Part shown: positions 44,623 to 53,039 of the stretch, piece after piece | Layout: every line of letters starts with the position of its first letter | Numbering within the stretch: the stretch's first letter is position 1 | Source of the DNA: Methanotrichaceae archaeon | Lineage (GTDB): Archaea; Halobacteriota; Methanosarcinia; Methanotrichales; Methanotrichaceae | Assembly: GCA_963813075.1 (NCBI GenBank) | Contig: CAWEXU010000017.1 | Coordinates: 86,114 to 150,113 of the forward strand | Length of the DNA stretch: 64,000 nt | Direction: 5' to 3' | Notes under the pieces: generated by a model | Database searches by the model: none | Told to the model about the DNA's origin: nothing | What the model saw: only the letters and a program-made list of their open reading frames with translations | Program-made: the position numbers and the translations under genes

Positions 44623-44898
44623 ATTTTACATCTCTCTGCATTGGTTTTGCTCTCGGTTTCCTACATCAATACTTCGCTTCGACTGTAAATCAGCATGGTT
44701 TCGTCGGTATTTATAGCTATCCCCTGGAAGGGGCCAAACTCTATCTAAAAAAACTCATTTGTATGCTGATATATTTTCTTCTAATGCCAATCCAGAAGTG
44801 TATATCTTCTGAAGACGGTCTCCCATATGTGCAAATTTTTTTGTATAGCGTGCCCATCGATTCGCCACTTTGCGCAAAGGATGCAAAGAAGCCTGCCA

Positions 44899-45159
44899 TC
44901 AAACCTTAAGCCCCTCCATCTGCTTATGGAGCCCTTCCAGGCGATCTCTCATATCCAGGCCTTTTTTCGTTGCCTTATAGATGCGGGGAGAGCCCTCAAT
45001 GCATTCCAATAGGCCGCTATTCATCAGAATGGAAAGATAATCCTTGATGATAACAAAGCTGGTATTGGTCCGATAGACTATTCTGGTTATGTTCTCCCCA
45101 TTCTCGCACATGCTGAGGATCTCCACAACGATCTGATCTTTGCTTCTGCGCGCCCTCAC
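44899..45159 (-). CDS. Winged helix-turn-helix transcriptional regulator
   Basis: RRSKDQI..EIL...ITRIVYRTN...YL..L...GLL...YKATKKG; GTG start after GGAGG. Confidence 0.85.
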   Translation of the reverse strand: MRARRSKDQIVVEILSMCENGENITRIVYRTNTSFVIIKDYLSILMNSGLLECIEGSPRIYKATKKGLDMRDRLEGLHKQMEGLKV

Positions 45160-45345
45160 TTTTATTCCTCCCAAAGAGCCTCAAAAAAGCTCCCCAAAGC
45201 AAGCAAATGCATTCCGAGCTACATCCTTAAAAATGTATCTTATTTTAGTTACTTATAATAATTTAATTTTAAATGTTCGCGAACAAAAGGAGAGAGACTT
45301 TTACTGCTCGCCACCCCCCACAGGCTTGCCGCCAGGAGAACGAGT

Positions 45346-45858
45346 TCAGGCAAAGCCGGTGCCCTTCTCCAGCCTCCGGAAAAGCCTTTTGATATCAGTC
45401 CAGATCCAGCTCCTTTTGAGATATACCAGGATGAGGATGTAGCAGAAGCCCAGCAATTCCGGGATGAGGATCCCCGGCTCCTCCAGGCCCATGAGAAGCA
45501 TCTGCAGGTAGCTGAATGTATCAAGATATGGGGCATCTGGAAATCCGCCCAGGAGAGGCCAGAGGAGGGTGACCGGAGAACTCCACATGGAGTCCAGGAT
45601 TAGATGCACAAATACCCCCCAGGTGAGGGAGGCCATTCTTTTGTCCCGCAGGCGAAAAGAGACGGCTGCCAGGATGAGCAGGAATAGAAGGGTGTGGGCG
45701 AATGTCCTTCCCATGCTAGGGCTCCCGAAGGCCAGCAGTCCAAGAGGCTTGTCTATGATATCGGGAAGCATGGACCCCAGGGCCAGGAAAAGCAAATCCA
45801 GCCGGTTGCTGAGGCGGGCGGTGGCCAGAGCTAGGCCCACATGGGCGAAGAGGAGCAT
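45346..45858 (-). CDS. YdjM-like membrane-bound metal-dependent hydrolase
   Basis: FAH...GSMLPDIIDK...FAHTL...HLILD. Confidence 0.85.
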   Translation of the reverse strand: MLLFAHVGLALATARLSNRLDLLFLALGSMLPDIIDKPLGLLAFGSPSMGRTFAHTLLFLLILAAVSFRLRDKRMASLTWGVFVHLILDSMWSSPVTLLWPLLGGFPDAPYLDTFSYLQMLLMGLEEPGILIPELLGFCYILILVYLKRSWIWTDIKRLFRRLEKGTGFA

Positions 45859-46040
45859 TGAGATGGAGTCCTTTTACTGGATATAAGAATATTTTGCATG
45901 CTCGTCCGGGCGAATTGCGACTGCTGATTCCCTGAAGCGGAAATTAGATTCTTTGCACCGCATTGTCTGTATTTGGATCCTGGTGAAATCCAACTTTTGA
46001 CAAGACAGGGATAAATAGAATCAGGCAAAAATGAGCTATC

Positions 46041-46397
46041 ATGAAAAGCGTTGAGCTATTCATAAAGGGAAAAAACGTACATAACATAGACTACAAATCA
46101 TTTCTCCTCCTAAAGGCATCGGAACAGGGCATACAGAAGATCAATGCATTCAACTCCTCAGAAAAAGCAGAGACGGTGGTTGTTCGCCTGCAGGGCGAGG
46201 ATGACATAGTAACCAAATATATCGATTTCCTTAAAACCAATTATCCAGATAAATTGGAGGTTGAAGGGATTATTGAACGAGAGTTCAATGGGCATGTAGT
46301 ATATGCCTCTGATTTCGCCCAGATTCTTCAGCTCGAGCTGATCACAAAAGCTGTATCTGCTATCAGCAATATCGAAAATAAGAAAGGTAGTATATAG
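46041..46397 (+). CDS. Divergent acylphosphatase-like protein
   Basis: IKGKNVHNIDYK aligns with the G.VQGVGFR loop but is degenerate. Confidence 0.6.
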   Translation: MKSVELFIKGKNVHNIDYKSFLLLKASEQGIQKINAFNSSEKAETVVVRLQGEDDIVTKYIDFLKTNYPDKLEVEGIIEREFNGHVVYASDFAQILQLELITKAVSAISNIENKKGSI

Positions 46398-46443
46398 TTT
46401 AAATTTTTTATTACTGAAGTATTATTATCCGGCTACGATTATT

Positions 46444-46574
46444 AACCACAGAGTCACAGAGTCCCAGAGACCTGTAATTTCTTCTCAATCCTGAAAACCC
46501 ACTGTGTAGTCCTGAAAACCCACCTAATTTTCCCCAGGATCGTCGTCCTCTGTGCGCTCTGTGGCTCTGTGGTT
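46444..46574. repeat. Palindromic CACAGAG-type repeat element
   Basis: Arms AACCACAGAGTCACAGAGTCCCAGAG and CTCTGTGCGCTCTGTGGCTCTGTGGTT; internal direct repeat TCCTGAAAACCCAC x2. Confidence 0.75.
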
Positions 46575-46675
46575 TTATTTAGGAAATTGCAGAGCTCATC
46601 CAGAAATGAATGGGTCTTGCAGATAAGATCATATACAAAGTCAAATACAAAAGATAGAGAGGGCAAGATCATTTG

Positions 46676-47257
46676 ATGAGGCTCACTGCGATTGTGTCCG
46701 GAAAGGTGCAGCAGGTCGGCTATAGAGCCAGGGTAATTGACATAGCCAATGGGTTTGGCATCAAGGGCATGATCGAGAACCTGTTGGATGGCCGGGTGAA
46801 GATAATCGCAGAGGGCGATCCTGAAAGGCTAAAATGGTTTGAGAGCGCCATAGATATTAAAAATACCCTGATCGATGTCTCATCCATAGAAAAAGAATAC
46901 TCTCCTGCCAGAAATGAATTTGATAATTTCGGTAAGCTGGTGGGCAAAGGCGAGACTGATGCCAGGTTGGACACGGCGGTAGGCTATCTGAAAGAGATCG
47001 CTTCTGGGATCAATAAAATGAATGATAACCTGGGAAGCAAGATGGACAAGATGCTCGAGAAGCAGGATCAGATGATCGAGAAGCAGGACCTGATGCTCGA
47101 TAAGCAGGATACTGTGATCGGCAAACAGGACGAACTTCTGTATGAGGTGAAGGATATAAACAGGAAGTTCGACAAGGTTCTTGAAAATGATATTATTCAG
47201 TTGAAGGATGATATGGCTGAGGTGAAAGCCGCTCTGAGGGCAAAAGGAATAATCTGA
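46676..47257 (+). CDS. Acylphosphatase domain fused to a C-terminal coiled coil
   Basis: GKVQQVGYR and ENLLDGRV; heptads MLEKQDQ/MIEKQDL/MLDKQDT/VIGKQDE. Confidence 0.85.
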   Translation: MRLTAIVSGKVQQVGYRARVIDIANGFGIKGMIENLLDGRVKIIAEGDPERLKWFESAIDIKNTLIDVSSIEKEYSPARNEFDNFGKLVGKGETDARLDTAVGYLKEIASGINKMNDNLGSKMDKMLEKQDQMIEKQDLMLDKQDTVIGKQDELLYEVKDINRKFDKVLENDIIQLKDDMAEVKAALRAKGII

Positions 47258-47337
47258 TAGAGTCTAGCTGTAACTCCAACCAGGTTCTCAACTTTATAAT
47301 GGATAAGCTCGCCAATATAAAAGCTAGGTGTGAGTTG

Positions 47338-47528
47338 ATGTCTGAATACATTTTGCCATCAAGATCGAAAAGCTGGAAGAGGGTGTTTATCTAGCTACAA
47401 GCGACACTCTGCAGGGTCTGGTCGCCCAAGGGCGGACGATAGCAGAGACTATGGAAATAGCTCAAGATGTGGCCAGGAACCTTATTGAATCATACATCGA
47501 ACATGGTGATCCATTGCCGTGTGAATAG
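47338..47528 (+). pseudogene. HicB-like antitoxin (1-nt frameshift near the start), absent from the ORF track
   Basis: Manual translation IKIEKLEEGVYLATSDTLQGLVAQGRTIAETMEIAQDVARNLIESYIEHGDPLP. Confidence 0.7.
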
Positions 47529-47683
47529 GACTATTCTCATTTCAAAGCCCCAGAGCGCCTTTTTATGGGCGCACCGCGAGTCGGCCTTCGGCCTCCCGCG
47601 ATCGAGTCTGGTCCACTCCAGGCCGTGGCGGCCCCCCTGACCCCGCGTCCGCGGGGGACAAACTATGCTGCATAAGCCGCCAG
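47529..47683. repeat. Structured repeat A, copy 1
   Basis: 47572-47683 matches 48883-48994 at 111/112 nt; multiple hairpins. Confidence 0.92.
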
Positions 47684-47705
47684 GAAAAAGAGGAAGAGAA
47701 GAGTA

Positions 47706-47829
47706 TGGGCAAAATTTTCGTGAATATACGGAGATCCGAACACGATAATGCCGGTTGGTTGTCCCATGATATTCGGCAGCATGCGACAATCCCAGGTAGG
47801 CCAGGTCTCTCCTGCAATTGAGGCAGGAG
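47706..47829. repeat. Repeat B, copy 1
   Basis: Core CCGAACACGATAATGC...TTGTCCCATGATATTCGGCAGCATGCGACAATCCCAGG.AGGCCAGGTCTCTCCTGC recurs at 48745-48825. Confidence 0.9.
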
Positions 47830-47944
47830 GGGCGATAGACATTAAGAATGCCTCACGAACTGAATTTAAACCCACAATTTTATTAAGGATAATATTTATC
47901 GTATTCTACCAGGTGAACGCAGCTCAGGAAGTGATTTTGCAGAT

Positions 47945-48199
47945 ATGTCGGATGTTATATTTAATATCAGGGTGGATGACTTCTTAGCTAGGAGAGTAAA
48001 GGATATCATCCGGCAAGGCTGTTTTAGAGATGAAGATGCTTTCTTCAGAGAAGCCATTAAAGAGATGGTAAGAATGCATGAACTAAGTGAGCTGGACAAG
48101 AGAATGGATGCATTTGCCCGAAAGGCCGCTGCCGACCAGCTCATGAGCTTTTCGGATGCTGTTTTAGCTGCGAGGGCAGAGGAGGATAATGAGCTATAG
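47945..48199 (+). CDS. Putative ribbon-helix-helix antitoxin
   Basis: Alternating N-terminal strand FNIRV then helices (FFREAIKEMV); overlaps the downstream PIN gene. Confidence 0.75.
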   Translation: MSDVIFNIRVDDFLARRVKDIIRQGCFRDEDAFFREAIKEMVRMHELSELDKRMDAFARKAAADQLMSFSDAVLAARAEEDNEL

Positions 48200-48659
48200 A
48201 CCAAGAGTCTGCCTGGATACCTCTGTTGTCGTAAAATGGTTTAAGATCGAAGAGAATAGCGAGAGTGCCATTGAGCTTAAGAGGCTGGCTGAAACATCTA
48301 GAATAAAATTAGCAATTTCGGCAATCGTCCTTTCAGAAACCACAAGAGGGCTTAAAAAAGCAGGCTGCAGTGATGACAGGCTTTATCAAGTGGTGGATAT
48401 GCTGGACTCGTTCATTAGCCTTTGTGGGATGGATGTAATCCCGGTCGACTGGTTAATAATCAAGTCCGCTCAAAGGCTAGTGATAGAGCATAATTTGTTC
48501 TCCGCTGATGCGATTCATTCTGCAACCGCTATTTTGGCCGATTCGGACTTTTTCATTTCAGGTGATGAACACCATTTTAAAGAAAGCCTCAAATCTTACT
48601 TCACCGATAAAAATGTGTGCCTTTTAAAGTTATCCGAAATTGATAGAATTTCATTTTGA
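48189..48659 (+). CDS. vapC: PIN-domain (VapC-like) toxin
   Basis: VCLDTSVVVKW...E...ADAIHSATA...ISGD. Confidence 0.88.
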   Translation: MSYRPRVCLDTSVVVKWFKIEENSESAIELKRLAETSRIKLAISAIVLSETTRGLKKAGCSDDRLYQVVDMLDSFISLCGMDVIPVDWLIIKSAQRLVIEHNLFSADAIHSATAILADSDFFISGDEHHFKESLKSYFTDKNVCLLKLSEIDRISF

Positions 48660-48715
48660 GCGCAACATAACTATCATGCCCATCATGAAAAAATAAGGTT
48701 CTTCGCTGTCTTCTT

Positions 48716-48835
48716 TGGGCAAATTCCGTGCATTTAAGGAACTCCCGAACACGATAATGCTAATTGGCTTGTCCCATGATATTCGGCAGCATGCGACAAT
48801 CCCAGGAAGGCCAGGTCTCTCCTGCTGAGGCGTGA
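48716..48835. repeat. Repeat B, copy 2
   Basis: Direct repeat of 47706-47829. Confidence 0.9.
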
Positions 48836-48840
48836 GTGAT

Positions 48841-48994
48841 GACTATTCTCGTATCAAGCCCCGGAACGCCTTTTTATGGGTACACCGCGAGTCGGCCTTC
48901 GGCCTCCCGCGATCGAGTCTGGTCCACTCCAGGCCGTGGCGGCCCCCCTGACCCCGCGTCCGCGGGGGACAAACTATGCTACATAAGCCGCCAG
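48841..48994. repeat. Structured repeat A, copy 2
   Basis: Direct repeat of 47529-47683. Confidence 0.92.
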
Positions 48995-49764
48995 CCGCAA
49001 TCGGGGTCACCCTGAATGGCAAATACTCCTATCCCGTTCATCCAACTGCGGCGAATAAGAGCATTGAGCTGAGATCTGTTGCAGAAGCAAAATTAGGATT
49101 ATTTGCAGCTTTTGCGGGGAAGGGGGGGCGCAGATATTGGTATTCGCTTGCTAAATCGGGAATGGCGAAGATTATATAGCCAGGGGGGCAGGGCAGGGAA
49201 AGCATAGATTCTAGAGCCAATAAAATTTGAAAGATCGCGAAGAAATATTTTTTTATAAATCAGTAAGTAATCATCAGAAATAGGAGCGACATATCAATAA
49301 TATTTATAGATTTTAAGAGATGAATTTGCCCAATTCGCGTGCGTATAGGGCAATATTGCATAGTGATTCGCCGCTTTTATTTCTATGCCAGTAGAGCTGG
49401 TAGATTCAAGCGAAAGTAAGAGGATAGTATGGGGTATTTGAATTCCAGAGGCAAGGCCGCATATCTGACCGAAATCTTTTTTAATGTTGCTTGAGTCCAT
49501 AGGTATCAATCATCTTCAGTAATTCAGTAGAGTTATGGGCTCAAGCTGGCTGATCAGATGCATAAAATGAAGGTGCTTCGCGACAATAGCCCTCCAGCAA
49601 GAGACCGCCCAAGAAAGATGATTGCCCAAAGCAGATCGCTGAATTGATGGATGGCTCCATCTCCAGGCATATCAGGATGGGGATGGCCTAATCCAGAGAT
49701 GATAAGAGGCGCGTCTGGCTATATAGCGAAGGCTATTTGATTTTAATCCGTTTCAAATCAGGAG

Positions 49765-50667
49765 TTGCTCATGTCCAGAATAACCGCTTTACTTCCCGCC
49801 TATAACGAGGAGACCTCCATCGGCAGCGTGGTCTTGTGCACCCGCAAGTATGCTGACCGGGTCATCGTAATAGACGACGGCAGCATTGACCGTACGGCAG
49901 AGGTAGCGGCCCTGGCAGGTGCAGAGGTCCTGCGTCATCCGCAGAACCGGGGAAAGGGGGCGGCACTGAAGACCGGCTTTGAATCCCTTAATGGGGATGA
50001 GGTGATTGTGACCATCGATACAGATGGACAGCATAATCCAGCAGACATCCCCAATATTATAGAGCCTATCCTGCAGGGAGAGGCTGACATGGTAAACGGT
50101 AGCCGGTACCTGAATGGCGACAAGAAGGACACACCCTTATATCGCCGGGTGGGGCAGAAGGTCCTGGACACCGCCACCAACCTGGAGGGCGGCCTCTCAA
50201 TAACCGACAGCCAGAGCGGGTTTAGGGCCTTCTCCGGGCAGGTAAAAGATATCTTCCGATTCCAACAGAACGGCCTGGCCATCGAAAGCGAGATGCTGGC
50301 CGATGCGGCTGCAGCCGGCCTGCAAATCCAAGAGGTGGAGATCAGCGGGCAATATGACAAGGATCTCTCAAGTAGGGAATTCTCAGGCGAAGACTCTGCC
50401 ATCCAGGGATCTGAGGTGCTTCCCAAGCTGCTGCACGATATGGAGATCAGAAGGCCGCTATACTATTTCACCATTCCAGGAATGGTGATGTGTGGAGCCG
50501 GGATAGGGATGGGAATTGAGCTAATGCCAGTCTTTGTCCAGGGAGGGAGCCTGCAGCATGGCCCTGCCCTTCTCATGGTGATGCTTATCCTGGTGGGATC
50601 ATTCCTATCTTTAATGGGAGTGATCCTGCATTCCCTCTCCAGGATCAGATATGCAGAGACGAGCTGA
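49765..50667 (+). CDS. GT2 glycosyltransferase (Dol-P-sugar synthase-like) with two C-terminal TM helices
   Basis: PAYNEE, IDDGSID, GKGAAL, DTDGQH, DSQSGFRA. Confidence 0.9.
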   Translation: MLMSRITALLPAYNEETSIGSVVLCTRKYADRVIVIDDGSIDRTAEVAALAGAEVLRHPQNRGKGAALKTGFESLNGDEVIVTIDTDGQHNPADIPNIIEPILQGEADMVNGSRYLNGDKKDTPLYRRVGQKVLDTATNLEGGLSITDSQSGFRAFSGQVKDIFRFQQNGLAIESEMLADAAAAGLQIQEVEISGQYDKDLSSREFSGEDSAIQGSEVLPKLLHDMEIRRPLYYFTIPGMVMCGAGIGMGIELMPVFVQGGSLQHGPALLMVMLILVGSFLSLMGVILHSLSRIRYAETS

Positions 50668-50823
50668 AGTAGAAAGAGCTTCATAGACTGGCCAGAATAT
50701 CGACCTGATCCGCTTCACCTGTTGAAAGGACCCATGTGCTTTTCCATTTGTTGCAAGGGCTAATCACTAATTATATTTTATATAAATTATATTTTTTAAA
50801 AAAAACTTTATGGGAGTGGTTTT

Positions 50824-52020
50824 GTGTTACTGTTCGCGCATCTTGGATTGACCATCGGCATCGTATACCTCCTGGCCAGGATCATGGGAGTGAGATTCAG
50901 CCAGAGGATGCTAGCGGTTACTGCAGTCGGTGCCCTTCTTCCGGATATTATAGACAAGTCCATTGGACAGATATTGTTTTATGATTATTTCTCTAATAAT
51001 AGAATATTTGCACATACTCTGATCTTCCTGGCAGTGCTCGGGATCATCAGCTATTATCTATACCATAAAGGCTACAAATGGGCTCCCATCCTGCCCGTCG
51101 CCTCAGCAGCTCACCTCCTGCTCGATGGCATGTGGAACAATGCCACAACATTCCTCTGGCCTGCATATGGTCTCGGATTTCAGAGGATGGACCTGAGCAA
51201 TTGGGCCTCAGACAACATAAATTCCCTGCTTCATAATCCCTATACCTATGTGCCCGAGATCCTGGGTCTGGCAATCCTTGTGGTCGCAGTCACAAAGCTC
51301 TCCATCAATCAGGGCAGCGCAGTCGGCCTAGGCAATGCCACTGCTTCGAAGAAGGACCCCCCGAAGGTGAGCCTGGTGGTTCCCACCATGAACGAGGCCA
51401 AGAACATCCCCCATGTCTTCTCTCAAATACCAGATCTGGTGGATGAGATCGTGGTGGTGGACAGCTCCACAGACAATACAGTGGACATGATCAGGAAGAT
51501 GAGGCCGGATGCCAGGATCTTCACCGAGAAGCCGATGGGCAAGGGAAATGCCCTCAAGAAGGGATTTGAGTACGCCACCGGGGACATAGTGGTGATGATA
51601 GACGCCGATGGCTCGATGGATCCCCATGAGATTCCTCAGATGGTCCAGCCGCTGATGAATGGATACGATGTGGTGAAAGGCTCCCGATTTCTGGGCGGCT
51701 CAGAGGACCTCTCGGCATTGAGGCGCTTTGGGAACTTCTGCTTTGTGAGCCTGGTGAACATCCTTTACGATACCGATTATACCGATCTGTGCTATGGATA
51801 CCGGGCTTTCAGGAAGAGCGCCCTGGACAGGCTGAAGTGCGTCTCCGATGGGTTCGATGTGGAGACCGAGCAGTCGATTATGATGAAGAAGCTGGATATG
51901 AAGGTCTGCGAGGTCCCCTCCTTTGAGAGAAACCGGATCTACGGCTCCAGCAACCTGAGGACCTTTTGTGATGGGAAGAAGATACTGATCCGGATACTGA
52001 GAGAGAAGGTGTCCAGATGA
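50824..52020 (+). CDS. Fusion of a YdjM-like membrane hydrolase and a GT2 (DPM1-like) glycosyltransferase
   Basis: N-half FAH/LPDIIDK/FAHTL/HLLLD; C-half PTMNEA, DADGS, DLCYGYRA; one continuous ORF with a linker. Confidence 0.85.
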   Translation: MLLFAHLGLTIGIVYLLARIMGVRFSQRMLAVTAVGALLPDIIDKSIGQILFYDYFSNNRIFAHTLIFLAVLGIISYYLYHKGYKWAPILPVASAAHLLLDGMWNNATTFLWPAYGLGFQRMDLSNWASDNINSLLHNPYTYVPEILGLAILVVAVTKLSINQGSAVGLGNATASKKDPPKVSLVVPTMNEAKNIPHVFSQIPDLVDEIVVVDSSTDNTVDMIRKMRPDARIFTEKPMGKGNALKKGFEYATGDIVVMIDADGSMDPHEIPQMVQPLMNGYDVVKGSRFLGGSEDLSALRRFGNFCFVSLVNILYDTDYTDLCYGYRAFRKSALDRLKCVSDGFDVETEQSIMMKKLDMKVCEVPSFERNRIYGSSNLRTFCDGKKILIRILREKVSR

Positions 52021-52916
52021 GGGCGACAGTGATAGTGTGCACTTACAGCATGGATCTTTTGCCAGACACCATAGCCTGCATAAATTCCTTGACAGAGCAG
52101 AGCTATGAGGACAGAGAGATACTGCTGGTGATGGACAGGAACGACAGACTGTATGAAGCGCTGAAAAGCTTCCTCCCTCCATCGGTGCAGATTGTGATCA
52201 ATGAGAAGCCAGGTCTGTCTGAAGCACGCAATACTGGTATTCGGCATGCTAAAGGCGATATTCTGGTATTCATCGATGATGATGCTGTTGCGGATAAGGA
52301 ATATCTGTCCAATCTGCTCAAGAATTACCAGGACAATGCGGTCATAGGAGTAGGGGGCAAGATCCTGCCCAAAGAGAAGCCGAACTACCCTGAGGAGCTG
52401 TACTGGATAGGCGGCTTCACCTATAAGGGATATCCAGAAGAGCGCTGCTCGGTGAGGAATGTTCACGGCTGCAATATGTCCTTCCGGAAAGAGGTGTTTG
52501 ATAGGGCAGGGCTGTTTGATACCAAGATGGGAAGGATCGGCAGAAAGCTGGTGACGGCAGAGGAGACAGAGTTCTCTGTGAGGGCGCTGGATGCCTTTCC
52601 GATGGGAGGATAGTCTATGATCCCTCAGCAGTTGTGTATCACAAGAATCATGAATACAGGCAGACGCTAAAGTATTTTGTCAAGAGAGGATTTCACGAAG
52701 GGCAATCCAAGGCAAATATCGAGAAGATGTACGACCGGAGAAAGTCTATCGACTGAGAACTCGTATCTGGGATATCTGCTGAAGAGGGCGATTCCCAGCA
52801 GAATTGGCTGCACATTGACTGGCAGGAATATCATGCCCAATTTGCAGGAGATCTTCGTATTATCGGCTGTTATCTCAAGCGTGGGGATGGGGTATATTTA
52901 CGGGAAGGCTAAATGA
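52017..52916 (+). CDS. GT2 glycosyltransferase (frameshifted 3' part)
   Basis: VIVCTY, GLSEARN, FIDDDA, GCNMSFR, EETEF. Confidence 0.85.
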
Positions 52917-53039
52917 TGACATTTAAAGATGGGAATCGATTCCAACAGAAATGAGCTTGCTATCCTTATTCGCGTTAAATCATGTTTTATTATTAGCCAA
53001 TTTTCAATCCAAATCTAGATTCCATGATGAGGTGATACT

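Noticed and set aside
47529..47683. tRNA or tRNA-derived attachment site for repeat A
   Set aside because: It has a multi-stem junction but no T-loop GTTCRA, D-loop or 7-nt anticodon loop geometry.
47490..47987. ORF-track proteins overlapping repeats A and B
   Set aside because: The frames are not preserved between repeat copies and the translations resemble no family I recognise.
47521..48994. Canonical integron attC sites
   Set aside because: No paired RYYYAAC/GTTRRRY ends, no single long bottom-strand hairpin, and no integron integrase in the window.
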